Source: an uncultured Acidimicrobiia bacterium
GTDB taxonomy: Bacteria > Actinomycetota > Acidimicrobiia > Acidimicrobiales > JACDCH01
Direction of reading: 5' to 3'
NCBI GenBank assembly: GCA_963840695.1
Contig: CAWIZW010000012.1
Span: forward strand, 86,010-150,009
Length of the DNA stretch: 64,000 nucleotides
Shown here: positions 18,596 through 28,337 of the stretch, in pieces
Layout of the letters: every line of letters begins with the position of its first letter
Position numbering within the stretch: the first letter of the stretch is position 1
Notes under the pieces: model-generated
What the model saw: only the letters and a program-made list of their open reading frames with translations
What the model was told of the DNA's origin: nothing
Databases searched by the model: none
Made by a program: the position numbers and the translations under genes

Positions 18596-19511
18596 GGGAC
18601 CGCGCTGTGCCGCCTGGGCCCGCGCCGAAGGCGTCGAGCCGATCGGGACGGCGGGTTCCTACGCGGGGTTCCTCCTGGTCGAGTGGCCGCGGCCGTGGCC
18701 GAAGGACATCGGCGACGTCCCCGAGCTCGCACCGGTCGTCGCCGCCTGCCAGGCGGCCGACGTGCGGCTCCAGGGACTCGTACCGCTGTTCGCCGACCAG
18801 GAGGCCCGACGGGCGATCCTGTACCGCCGGCCCGACCCGGTCTGGTTCGCCGGGTACGAGCGGGTCGAACGCATCGTGCCCGCCAACCGCCTCGTCGACA
18901 CCGCCGTGTCGCTGGCCACCACGGGCGAGGGCGACCACGAGGGTGCCCGTGACGCCGTGACCGACGACGTGCTCGTCTGCACCCACGGCAAGCGCGACGT
19001 CTGCTGCGGCTCGCAGGGCACGGCGCTCGCCAACGAGCTGTGGAGCGACCCGGCACGCTTCGGCGGCACGGCGCGCCTCTGGCGCACGAGCCACACGGGA
19101 GGGCACCGCTTCGCGCCGACGGGGATCGTGCTCCCCCAGGGGACGGTGTGGGCCTACCTCGATGCCGATGCGCTGCGCCGCGTGGTCGCCCGACACGGTC
19201 CGCTCGACGACCTCCTCCCCCGCTACCGCGGCTGCGCCGGCGTCGGCCCCGCCGCCGTGCAGGCGCTCGAGCGGGCGGCCTTCGGCGAGGTCGGCTGGGA
19301 GTGGCTCGAGTGGCGACGCCGCGGCAGCGTCGACGACCGCGGGGTCGTCCGCCTCGAGGCCATCTCGCCGAGCGGTGAGCACGTCGCCTGGACAGGGCAC
19401 GCCGTCGCCGGCCGGACCCTCCCGGTCCCCGTATGCGGTCAGCCCCTCGACGCCGCCGAGAAGACCGAAGCCGAGATCGGCGTCGAGGCGGTCGCCCGCG
19501 TCGCGTCGTGA
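18588..19511 (+). CDS. Sucrase/ferredoxin-like (Suc_Fer-like, thioredoxin-fold) family protein
   Basis: ATG 18588 overlaps the ligase stop by 8 nt. The sequence is MPEGPRCAAWARAEGVEPIGTAGSYAGFLLVEWPRPWPKD...VLVCTHGKRDVCCGSQG...RTSHTGGHRFAPT, the second half of ORF 18231..19511. Confidence 0.75.
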   Translation: MPEGPRCAAWARAEGVEPIGTAGSYAGFLLVEWPRPWPKDIGDVPELAPVVAACQAADVRLQGLVPLFADQEARRAILYRRPDPVWFAGYERVERIVPANRLVDTAVSLATTGEGDHEGARDAVTDDVLVCTHGKRDVCCGSQGTALANELWSDPARFGGTARLWRTSHTGGHRFAPTGIVLPQGTVWAYLDADALRRVVARHGPLDDLLPRYRGCAGVGPAAVQALERAAFGEVGWEWLEWRRRGSVDDRGVVRLEAISPSGEHVAWTGHAVAGRTLPVPVCGQPLDAAEKTEAEIGVEAVARVAS

Positions 19512-19810
19512 CGGCGACCGGCCCCGGCTCGGCGTTCGAGGCGGCCGTGAAGCGCGTCCTCCGCGCCGTCCCGAAGGGCGATGTCGTGACCTACGGCGAG
19601 GTCGCGCTCGAGGCCGGTTACCCGGGGCTCAGCCGCGCCGTCGGGGCGCTGCTCGCCCGCGGCGACGATGCGACGCTCCCGTGGTGGCGCGTCGTGAACG
19701 CGTCGGGACGCCTCGTCCCCGACCACGAAGCCGAGCAGGCGAGGCGCCTCCGCGCCGAAGGGGTGGAGGTCGACGCGTCGACCGGCCACGTCAAGCGTCT
19801 CCGAACCTGA
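19508..19810 (+). CDS. MGMT-family DNA-binding protein lacking the acceptor cysteine (alkyltransferase-like, ATL-type)
   Basis: The GTGA start overlaps the upstream stop: VTATGPGSAFEAAVKRVLRAVPKGDVVTYGEVALEAGYPGLSRAVGALLA...LPWWRVVNASGRLV. The canonical PCHRV motif reads PWWRV. Confidence 0.7.
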   Translation: MTATGPGSAFEAAVKRVLRAVPKGDVVTYGEVALEAGYPGLSRAVGALLARGDDATLPWWRVVNASGRLVPDHEAEQARRLRAEGVEVDASTGHVKRLRT

Positions 19811-19827
19811 CGGCGTAGGGTCCGGTC

Positions 19828-20685
19828 GTGCCCGAGACGCACGTGAGGGAGGTCGATCTTCCGTCGATCCTCGCTCCGTGGTGCGAGCGCCATGACGTCG
19901 AGCTCGTCGTCGACATCGTCGACAGCCTCCCCGGCATGCTGGACCTCGCCGGCTTCATGCTCCACCACGACGTCTCCGGTGCCGGCCAGCTCCGGGAGGT
20001 GACGACGAGGAGGATCCACGAGGGCCGGCCCGATCTGGCCGGGCCGCTCGCCAACCTCCACGTGCCCCGGAACGAGGACCCGGACCGGTCGACGATCATC
20101 GTGACCGCCCTCGGCCGGGCCCACGACTCCGGAACGGGCGACCCGAGGGTGCTGGCGGCGGTCCGCAACGACACCTTCGCTCCCGCCCCCGACGACCGCG
20201 AGGAGATCCCAGGCTCCCGCAAGGACGGCACGCCCTTCTTCCTCGACGTCGAGGTCGCCAACACCGGCACGGGCGAGGAGTACCAGCCGGGCCAGATCCA
20301 CGCGACGATCGTCGCTGCCGCCGCCGTCTGCGCGCACTTCGGCTGGAACCCCCGGACCCGCGTCAAGCACCATCGCGAGTGGACCAGGCGCAAGATCGAC
20401 ATGAGCTACCACGGCGACCTGCTCGGCCCGATCGAGCAGCTGATCGCCGCCGGGCTCACCGGCGAGATCGAGATCGGCGACACCGAGGAGGAAGACGTGG
20501 CACCGAAGGTCACCGTCGACGCCAGCACCGCTACGGCCACCATCGAGGACTGGTTCCGCAAGGTCGCCCAACGGGAGGCCGACCAGGCGGGACTGGTCTT
20601 CTGGACCGGCGAGCTCCTCAACGAGAACCGCACTGTGGGCGAGGTCTTCAAGGCGTTCTGCGAGGCCGTCGAGCAGAAGCCCTAG
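19828..20685 (+). CDS. Peptidoglycan amidase-like (amidase_2/PGRP-type) protein with C-terminal DUF4214-like domain
   Basis: ORF track, 285 aa, intact: FMLHHDVSG...LDVEVANTGTGEEY...AAVCAHFGWNPRTRVKHHREWTRRKIDMS. The tail is READQAGLVFWTGELLNENRTVGEVFKAFCEAVEQ. Confidence 0.6.
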   Translation: MPETHVREVDLPSILAPWCERHDVELVVDIVDSLPGMLDLAGFMLHHDVSGAGQLREVTTRRIHEGRPDLAGPLANLHVPRNEDPDRSTIIVTALGRAHDSGTGDPRVLAAVRNDTFAPAPDDREEIPGSRKDGTPFFLDVEVANTGTGEEYQPGQIHATIVAAAAVCAHFGWNPRTRVKHHREWTRRKIDMSYHGDLLGPIEQLIAAGLTGEIEIGDTEEEDVAPKVTVDASTATATIEDWFRKVAQREADQAGLVFWTGELLNENRTVGEVFKAFCEAVEQKP

Positions 20686-20754
20686 GAAGGCGAGTCGTCC
20701 GCCTCAGCCGGCCACGCCTCCGGCCGATCGGCGATCGTCGCCTACCATCGCCGC

Positions 20755-20973
20755 ATGGGCTCGTCAGGCATGAAGCGCAAAGGGCGGAGCCACCTTCCGA
20801 AGGTCGGGACCCGCCCTGCCATCGAGCGCGAGCTCCACGAACGGCGCGCGGAGGCCCTCCACCCGTTCTCCTCCGATCCGTCGCGCCGTCGCGGCGCCGG
20901 CTACGGGATCATGGCCATCCTCGTCGCCGTCGTCGTCGTGATCGGGATCATTGCCCTCATCGTCGCGACCTGA
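20755..20973 (+). CDS. Small tail-anchored membrane protein, hypothetical
   Basis: ORF track, 72 aa. It has a basic N-terminus and one C-terminal TM helix, GIMAILVAVVVVIGIIALIVAT, with high GC3. Confidence 0.45.
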   Translation: MGSSGMKRKGRSHLPKVGTRPAIERELHERRAEALHPFSSDPSRRRGAGYGIMAILVAVVVVIGIIALIVAT

Positions 20974-21035
20974 CTCGGTACTGTTCGGCGACGCCGGCCC
21001 CACCGGCGCACGACACCGCCTGATCGGGGGCACAC

Positions 21036-21512
21036 ATGACGACGACTTCCTCACCACGCGCTGCGAAGTCCGTTCGAGTCCTGGCCATCCTCGTCATCGT
21101 CGCGGGGGCGGTGCTGAGCGTCGCCGGTTTCGTCACCTGGTTCGTCGTCCGTGATCAACTGGCCGACGAGAACATCACCGTCTCCGACGACGCCGACAAC
21201 TTCGCCGGCGACCCCGTCGACGGCCCGTTCACCGCCTACGCCGAAGCGAACACCATCGAACGCCACGCCCTCGAAGCCAGCGACGGGCTCACCTACGCCG
21301 AGCTGCCCCAGGACGACCCACGACGGGAGACCGTCATGACCGCCTCGTTCCTGCGCTCCTCCCTGTTCACCTCGGTCGTCGCCTTCGGCGTCGCCGTCTT
21401 CGCGTTCGGCGTCGGCATCGTGCTGATCCTCATCGGCGTCGCCCTCCTCCACATCCACCGCCAACTCGACGTCACTCCGACCGTCGAATTCGCGCCACCC
21501 GCCGCCGCTTAG
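21036..21512 (+). CDS. Hypothetical membrane protein (2 TM helices)
   Basis: ORF track, 158 aa: VRVLAILVIVAGAVLSVAGFVTWFVV ... soluble loop ... SLFTSVVAFGVAVFAFGVGIVLILIGVALL. Confidence 0.6.
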   Translation: MTTTSSPRAAKSVRVLAILVIVAGAVLSVAGFVTWFVVRDQLADENITVSDDADNFAGDPVDGPFTAYAEANTIERHALEASDGLTYAELPQDDPRRETVMTASFLRSSLFTSVVAFGVAVFAFGVGIVLILIGVALLHIHRQLDVTPTVEFAPPAAA

Positions 21513-21735
21513 TTGCGTCTTCCCCCCGGCCCTCGCCTTCGGGTGAGCGCCGGTTTGCGCTCCCGGGGTCAGGCGGCTGCCGCGAACGCGCCAGAGACAC
21601 CGCCGATGGCGAAGGCGAGGACTGCGAACCCGCGGCGCGTCCGAACCGTCCCTTGCTGATGCTCACGATCGCGGTGACGAACAGCCCGAGCGCGAAGACT
21701 CCCATCCAGATTGCCATGATCGTCATGCCCGGCAC
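21472..21735 (-). CDS. Possible small membrane protein (weak call)
   Basis: ORF track, 87 aa. Only the N-terminal MTIMAIWMGVFALGLFVTAIVSISKG looks protein-like. The rest is low complexity and overlaps the 3' end of the previous gene. Confidence 0.3.
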   Translation of the reverse strand: MPGMTIMAIWMGVFALGLFVTAIVSISKGRFGRAAGSQSSPSPSAVSLARSRQPPDPGSANRRSPEGEGRGEDATKRRRVARIRRSE

Positions 21736-21934
21736 TCTGTCAGGTCTCGCGGGCGCTGCCGGTGATGGGAGGGCGAGATTCTCGCGTCGAGCCCTGTGCG
21801 AGGATCCTCAAGAAAGCTACGGTCCGCATCCGGCTGGCGGCCCGGCCCAGACCCTGCTCATACCGCCCCAGAGTGCAGTCTCGTTCAGCAGCGAGCGGAG
21901 CTGTGCCCGTCCTGGCGGGTCAGTGGGGAGCGCG

Positions 21935-21968
21935 GGGGTCGTGGCCACCATCACAGGGCCACGACCCC
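21935..21968. other. Perfect 12-bp hairpin (ggggtcgtggcc - 10-nt loop - ggccacgacccc) in a ~0.5-kb non-coding gap
   Basis: Seen in sequence. No convincing ORF lies between 21736 and 22243. Confidence 0.6.
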
Positions 21969-22121
21969 TCACTGGCGTTGTGGTGTTTCGAGCGCACGGT
22001 TCACTCATCAGGCGTAGGGTCGACGAAACGGCCGATGGTTGAGCCACCAGCCCCCGGCAGGCGCATCGTCCAGATCGCCCCGGGGCTGAGGCACCACCGC
22101 TCGACCGCGGGGTTTGGGCGT

Positions 22122-22157
22122 CGGTGCGACGCCACTCCCGCCCGTGGCGTCGCACCG
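22122..22157 (-). terminator. Perfect 12-bp hairpin (cggtgcgacgcc - 12-nt loop - ggcgtcgcaccg) ~90 nt downstream of the GNAT stop
   Basis: Seen in sequence. The terminator role is inferred from position only. Confidence 0.45.
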
Positions 22158-22243
22158 GCATGCCCTGTCGTGGTCGCTGCTGCACGGCGAGGCTGACGGG
22201 GGTGGCCCCACACGAAGGGCAACCGGTCGTCACACCCCCACTG

Positions 22244-23008
22244 TCACGGACGTTGAACTCGAGCCGGCGCACCCGCACGGCGGCCAGCCGAGAACGCTCC
22301 CTCGACGAGGGTCGGTGCGAGGTGGGCGACGTGGTAGCCGAGCAGTCGCTGGAAGTAGCGCTGACCGGACGGGAGGACGGGGGACATCCGGTCGGCGACC
22401 AGGACGACGCGCACCCCTGACTCGATGAGCGCCTCGATCACGACGGCGTGGAGCAGCCACCTCGGCAGGTGCTCCGTCGCCGCAAGCGACCAGATCATGG
22501 CAGTTTCAGCGTCGATGCCGACGACGGCGAGCCCGACGGGCGAGCCGCCGGCATCGAGCGCGATCCAACAGTCGGCCTCGGGCTTGGCGAGGACCTGCTC
22601 CCGCCTCCAGGCATCGGCGAGCTCGGGATCAACGAGATCCATATAGGCGTGGCGATCCTCGAGGGCTTCGAGGCGACGACACGAGTAGCCCTGCTCCGTC
22701 GCACGCGTCACGTTCGTTCGCATCGCCTGACGATGGCGCCCACGGCGGTACTCCGCGAAGGTCGACGGCAGGTCGAGCACGCCCTGGGCGATCCGGTGGG
22801 TGCAGATCCCGAACCTGCGCTCCGAGAGGTACGAGGCGATCGCTCGGCCACCGGCACCGTCGGTCAAGACGACCCGCTGCACCGGGTAGCGGCCAGGCCG
22901 GGTCGCGGCCGCAGCTTTGGCCCGGCGCTTAGCCAAGAGGAGGTCGATTGTCACGGCCGTCGCTGCGACAACGTCGCCGACGAGCCGGTGAAGACTTGGG
23001 TCCCGCAT
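22244..23008 (-). CDS. GNAT-type acetyltransferase (FemAB/CelD-like Acetyltransf_6 family), hypothetical function
   Basis: ORF track, 254 aa, intact: FAEYRRGRHRQAMRTNVTRATEQGYSCRRLE...CWIALDAGGSPVGLAVVGIDAETAMIWSLAAT... The family assignment rests on remembered pattern only. Confidence 0.5.
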   Translation of the reverse strand: MRDPSLHRLVGDVVAATAVTIDLLLAKRRAKAAAATRPGRYPVQRVVLTDGAGGRAIASYLSERRFGICTHRIAQGVLDLPSTFAEYRRGRHRQAMRTNVTRATEQGYSCRRLEALEDRHAYMDLVDPELADAWRREQVLAKPEADCWIALDAGGSPVGLAVVGIDAETAMIWSLAATEHLPRWLLHAVVIEALIESGVRVVLVADRMSPVLPSGQRYFQRLLGYHVAHLAPTLVEGAFSAGRRAGAPARVQRP

Positions 23009-23221
23009 CGTCTACCGGCTCATCCGACGGAAACGACTGTACGTCATTACTCGGATCTGTGGTCTGAGCAGGTCATTCCTATGACCGTAGCCGACCACCA
23101 GTACCACTGGTGTTCGTCCTCTCACAAAACGCGCGGGTGGGCATGCGGTTCTGCCCCTCATCTCGAAATCCCCCAGGACATCCGCGTGAGTCCGGGGCCT
23201 AGGTGTTCGGCGCGGGCATCC

Positions 23222-23265
23222 CCTCCCGAGCTGCGCTTGTGTCCTTGCGCAGCTCGTTCGGGAGG
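23222..23265 (-). terminator. Long hairpin (cgagctgcgc / gcgcagctcg, extended by cctcc / ggagg) downstream of the P450 stop
   Basis: Seen in sequence. It lies in a ~390-nt, lower-GC non-coding stretch (23009-23401). Confidence 0.45.
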
Positions 23266-23401
23266 CAGATGTCGGTGCGACCTGGCGGGTTGTGACATCG
23301 ATTTCGGGCTGCGAATCGGGTTCTGGATTGGGATTCTTCACTTCGGCCTCGGCGTTCGACCGCGACGCCGCGTGTCACGGGCGTGTCACACGGGTTGTCA
23401 G

Positions 23402-24675
23402 CTAGCGCTCGATATCGGCGCTGACCTGCCCGTTCGGCGTGAACTCGGCCTGCAGGTGCTTGATGCCGTGGATGAAGTTCGACTGGAGCCAGTCGGGATC
23501 GCTCACGGTGTGGATGTCGGGCAGCACGCGGAAGAGCTCCTCGAACAGCACCCGGATCTCGCGGCGGGCGAGGTTGGCGCCGAGGCAGAAGTGCGGGCCG
23601 CCGGCGCCGAAGCCGACGTGCTCGTTCGGTGACCGCGTGATGTCGAAGCGGTCGGGCTCGTCGAAGGCGTCCTCGTCGCGGTTCGCCGAGTTGTACCAGA
23701 GCACGACCTTCTCACCGGCCTTGAAGGCGTGGCGGCCCGAGGGCAGCTCGACGTCCGCGGTCGTGGTGCGGCGGAAGTGGATCACCGGCGTGCTGTAGCG
23801 CACGATCTCCTCCACCGCGTTCACCATGTGCGTCGCCGGGTCGTCGACCAGGAGCTGCCTCTGCTCGGGATGCCGGGTCAGCTGCCACAGCCCGTGGGCG
23901 ATGGCGTTGCGGGTCGTCTCGTTGCCCGCGGTGCACAGCAGCACGAAGAAGGAGCCGAACTCCGACGCGGTGAGTCGCTGGCCGTCGACCTCGGCTTTCA
24001 TCAGGGCGCTGAGTGATGTCGTCCTTCGGGTCGGCCAGCCGCTTCGCGCCCAGCTCCTGGGCGTAGTTCCACATGTTCCAGCCGCCCATCATCAGCTCGT
24101 CGACCGACTGGTTGTACTCGGGGTCGAGCCCGCCGAGCAGGTGGTTGGTCTGGTCGAAGATGTACTCGTTGTCCTCGCGGGGGATGCCCATCATGTCGCA
24201 GATGATCCGCAGCGGCATCGGGGCGGCGACCTCGGTGACGAAGTCGCACGAGCCCTTCGCCGCCACCTCGAGGACGACCTCCTTGGCGATGTCGTGGACG
24301 TACTCCTCGATGCGGGCGACCATCCGCGGCGTGAAGCCCTTGTTGACGAGGAGGCGCAGCTTCGTGTGCCGGGGCGCGTCCATGTTGATCATCGAGCCGA
24401 GGAGCTCGTTGATCTCCGCCGGGAAGTCCGGGATGTTGACGCCGTTGCCCGAGATGAACAGGTCGGGGTGCCGTCGACACGAACACGACGTCGTCGTACT
24501 TCGTGAGCGCTCCAGTAGCCCGGCCCGCCGGGGAAGCTCCTCGAACTCGGCCTCCTCGAAGAAGGCGACCGGCTTGCTCCCGCCGGAGGAGGGCGAAGGC
24601 GGCATCCCGCTCGTCCTCGGGCAGGAGCCAGAACTCGACGGCGGACAGGTCGATGTCGTCAGCGGAGCGCAGCAC
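23402..24675 (-). pseudogene. Cytochrome P450 (CYP124/125/142-like lipid/steroid hydroxylase type); at least 5 frame switches, mostly in the N-terminal ~70 codons, plus one near 24008
   Basis: The pieces MLRSADDIDLSAVEFWLLPEDERDAAFALLRREQ / PVAFFEEAEFEELPRRAG / YW / ALTKYDDVVFVS / RHPDLFISGNGVNIPDFPAEINELLGSMINMDAPRHTKLRLLVNKGFTPRMV...DPKDDIT / SALMKAEVDGQRL...LLCTAGNETTRNAI...FGAGGPHFCLGANLAR (heme loop) lie across ORFs 24001..24675, 23712..26444 and 23402..24001. Confidence 0.85.
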
Positions 24676-24685
24676 AGGACGAAAC

Positions 24686-24701
24686 TAGACCGATTGGTCA
24701 A
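24686..24701. promoter_or_regulatory. Imperfect palindrome tagaccgattggtcaa in the P450 / ABC1-kinase divergent region
   Basis: 12 of 16 positions are self-complementary (GACC..GGTC core). It lies 10 nt from the P450 GTG and ~30 nt from the kinase GTG. The operator role is speculative. Confidence 0.3.
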
Positions 24702-24730
24702 GTTCCGTCGAGCACTACGGTCCCGCTCCC

Positions 24731-26201
24731 GTGAAGGCCAAACGGGTCGCCGGTCTGCTCGCCCTGCTCGGCGCGGCGACCGCGGGCTACCTGGCGGTGA
24801 AGCGCGCCGGTGAGCGACGCGACGCCACCGGGCCGGTCTCCACCGCGACCCGGGCCGGCCGCACCATCGAGATGGCCCGCATGGGCACGACGGCGGCGTC
24901 GGGCCTCGCCGTGCACAGAGGCCCGTCGCAGCCTGGCCTCGCCCGAGCGGCGCGACGAGCTCGACGCCGAGTTCCAACTGCGCACGGCCGAGCAGGTGGC
25001 CGAGGTGCTCGGGAACATGAAGGGCGCGCTCATGAAGCTCGGCCAGATGGCGAGCTACCTCGACCAGGGCCTGCCCGAGCCCATCCGCGACGCCCTGGCC
25101 CAGCTCCAGGCCGACGCCCCGGCGATGAGCGCCGAACTCGCGGCCGAGACCGTCGAGGCCGACCTCGGCCGGCCCCTCGACTCCCTCTTCGCCGACTGGG
25201 AGCCCGCCCCGATCGCCGCCGCCTCCATCGGTCAGGTCCACCGGGCGACCCTGGCCGACGGCCGCCAGGTCGCCGTGAAGGTGCAGTACCCCGGCGTCGA
25301 CCGGGCCATCAAGACCGACCTCGACAACGCCGGTCTGCTCATCCAGGTCGTCGCCATGATCTTCCCCGGGCTCGAGCCGGCGCCGATCGTCGCCGAGCTG
25401 CGCGCCCGCCTCTTCGAGGAGCTCGACTACCGGATGGAGGCGCAGAACCAGCAGCTGTTCGTCGACGCCTACCACGACCACCCCTTCATCCACGTCCCGG
25501 CCGTCGTCGCCGAGCGCAGCGGCGATCGCGTGCTCACGACCGAGCTCGCCGACGGCGCCCGCTTCGACGTGCTCCGGACGTGGAGCCAGGACGAGCGCGA
25601 CGTCGCCGCCGAGGCGATCTACCGCTTCGTGTTCCGCAGCCTCTGGCGGCTCCAGGCCTTCAACGGCGACCCGCACCCGGGCAACTACCTGTTCCACCCG
25701 GGCGGCCAGGTCACGTTCCTCGACTTCGGTCTCGTGAAGCGCTTCCAGCCCGGCGAGCTCCAGCCCCTCGCCGACATGCTGATCCACGCCGTCGTGCACC
25801 CCGACCGCGCCGCCTTCCGCGAGGCGGCGCACCGGTCGGGGTTCCTGCAGCCCGGCGCCGATGTCGACGACGACGCCCTCGAGGAGTACTTCGGCCACTT
25901 CTACGAGTTCGTGCGGGAGGACCGGGTGGCGACGATCACGCCGGCGTGGTCCTCGGAGGCGGTCCGCCGCTACTTCGACCCGTCGACCGAGTTCGCCGAG
26001 GTGCAGCGCCACCTCAACGTCCCGCCGTCGTTCGTGATCCTCCAGCGCATCAACCTCGGCCTGCTCGCCGTCCTCGGCGAGCTCAACGCCACCCGCAACT
26101 GGCGCCGCATCGCCGAGGAGCTGTGGCCGTTCGTCGACGGCCCGCCGTCGACGCCGTTGGGCGAGGCCGAAGCGCGCTGGCTGGCGTCTCGGCAAACCTG
26201 A
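24731..26201 (+). pseudogene. ABC1/UbiB-family atypical kinase with N-terminal TM anchor; one apparent frameshift near 24917
   Basis: GTG 24731: MKAKRVAGLLALLGAATAGYLAVKRAG...GLAVH, then ORF 24810..26201: RRSLASPERRDELDAEFQLRTAEQVAEVLGNMKGALMKLGQMAS...AAASIGQVHRATLADGRQVAVKVQYPGV...FNGDPHPGNYLF...FLDFG. Confidence 0.85.
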
Positions 26202-26213
26202 CACGCGTGTCAG
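26198..26213. promoter_or_regulatory. Candidate operator, perfect 16-bp palindrome ctgacacgcgtgtcag
   Basis: It contains the kinase stop codon (26199-26201) and ends 13 nt before the GTG of the next gene. Confidence 0.6.
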
Positions 26214-26226
26214 GTAACGTTCGCCC

Positions 26227-28337
26227 GTGACCCTCGACGTGTCCGGGCGCCCGGTCGAGCTGCGCGCCCTCGACCTCGATCGGTTCTTCCGCCCCGGTCG
26301 GTGCTGGTCCTGGGCGCGTCCGACAGCGCCGGCAAGCCCACGGCGGCGATGACGCGCAAGCTGCGGGCGTGGGCCGCGGCGAAGGGCGCCGACGTGCACT
26401 ACGTCAACCCCAACCGCGACACCGTCGACGGCCTGCCGTGCCACCGCCGCGTCGACGACGTGCCGGCCGACACGTCGACCTCGCCGTCATCCTCACCGGC
26501 GACGCCGTCGAGGCGTTCCGAGACCGTGCAGGCGAAGGCGCCGCGCTTCGCCGTCGATCTTCGCCGCCGGCTTCGCCGAGGTCGGCGCCGAGGGCGAGGC
26601 CCGGCAGGCGCGAGCTGGCCGAGCTCGTCAACGCCTCGCCGACGCGGCTGCTCGGGCCCGAACACCAACCTCAACGCGTTCGAGATCTTCCGCGACGACC
26701 TCGACGGGCCGCGGATCGCGCTCATCACCCAGTCGGGCCACCAGGGCCGCCCGATCTTCCAGGCCCAGGACCTCGGCATCGCCCTCGGCTACTGGGCGCC
26801 GACGCGGCAACGAGGTCGACCTCGAGTTCGCCGACTTCGCCGCCTGGTTCGCCGACCAGCCCGAGGTCGGCGTGGTCGCCGCCTACATCGAGGGGTTCAA
26901 GGACGGGCGCACGCTCATGCTCGCCGCCGACCACGCCGCGCCGCGCGCGGCGTGCCGATCGTGTGCGTCAAGGTCGGGCGCACCGACGAGGGCCGGTCGA
27001 TGGCCAAGAGCCACACCGGCCACCTCACCGGTGCCGACGACGTCGTGTCGGCGGTGTTCCGCCAGTACGGCGATCACCCGCGTCGACGGGCTCGACGAGC
27101 TGCAGGACACGCGCGCCGATGCTCGCCCGAGCGCCAAGCCGCCGACCGGCGACGGCGTGTGCGTGTACGCCATCTCCGGCGGCACCGGCGCCCACATGGC
27201 CGACCTGGCCGCCGAGGCGGGCCTGCGCCTGCCCGACCTGACCGCCGAGACGCCAGGCCGCGCTCCACGAGTGGATCCCGACGCTACCTGCGGGTGTCGA
27301 ACCCGGTCGACAACGGCGGCGCGCCGATCGTCCGACTGGCGGGGCCGCAAGATCCTCGACACGATCGTCGCCGACCCGAACGTCGGCGTGCGTCATCGTG
27401 CCCGATCACCGGCGCGCTCGCAGTCGATGTCGATGCCGTTCGCCCGCGACCTCGTCGCCGTCGCCGAGACGACCGACAAGCCGATCTGCGTGATCTGGGG
27501 CTCGCCGATCGGCACCGAGGAGGCCCACACGCGTCCTGCGGTCGTCGTCGCAGGTCATCACGTTCCGCACCTTCGCCAACTGCGTGCAGGCGCGTGCGGG
27601 CCTGGCTCGACTGGCACGCGTTCCTGGCCGCGCTACCGGAGCCCGTTCGCGACGCCGGTCGCGGCGCCGGACGGTCGCGGTCGACGACCTGCCGTCGACG
27701 CCCGGCGACGGACGCTGAGCGAGCACGAGTCCAAGCAGCTGCTCGCCGCCTACGGCATCCCGGTGACCCGGGAGGAGGTCGTCACCTCGGCCCGCGACGC
27801 GGTGAAGGCCGCCGAGGCGATCGGCTGCCGGTCGTGCTGAAGGCGTCGTCGGCCGACCATCGCCCACAAGTCCGACCTCGGGCTCGTGCGGGTCGGGCTG
27901 GCGACGGCGCGGGAGGTCCGCGCCGCCTACGCGGAGCTCGCCGCCGCGTCGCGGCGGCGAGGTGCTCGTGTCCGAGCTGGTCGACGGCGGCACCGAGTGC
28001 GTCGTCGGCGTGAGCACCGACGAGCTGTTCGGCCCGACGGTCATGTTCGGGCTCGGCGGCGTGTTCGTCGAGGTGCTGCGCGACGTGACGTTCCGCGTGC
28101 CGCCGTTCGACCTCGCCGAAGCCCGGCGCATGATCGACGAGGTCCAGGGCGCGGCGCTGCTGCGGGGCGCCCGGGGCCGGCCGAAGGGCGACGTGCGCGC
28201 CCTGGTCGACGCGATCGTGCAGGTCCAGCGCCTGGCCCTCGACCAGTCCGACCGCGCTCGCCGAGCTCGACATCAACCCGCTCGTCGTCCGCCCGAAGGG
28301 CGTCGTCGCCCTCGACGCCCTCGCCGTCCTGCGGTGA
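26227..28337 (+). pseudogene. Acetate--CoA ligase family protein (NDP-forming acyl-CoA synthetase: CoA-binding + ligase-CoA + ATP-grasp), at least 15 frame switches
   Basis: Pieces in all three frames: VTLDVSGRPVELRALDLDRFFRP / SVLVLGASDSAGKPTAAMTRKL...VNPNRDTVDGLPC / LLGPNTNLNAFEIFRDDLDGPRIALITQSGHQGRPIF / VVAAYIEGFKDGRTLMLAADHAA / VPIVCVKVGRTDEGRSMAKSHTGHLTG / VCVYAISGGTGAHMADLAAEAGLRLPDL / YLRVSNPVDNGG / LSEHESKQLLAAYGIPVTREEVV / VLVSELVDGGTECVVGVSTDELFGPTVMFGLGGVFVEVLRDVTFRVPPFD...INPLVV. Confidence 0.75.
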
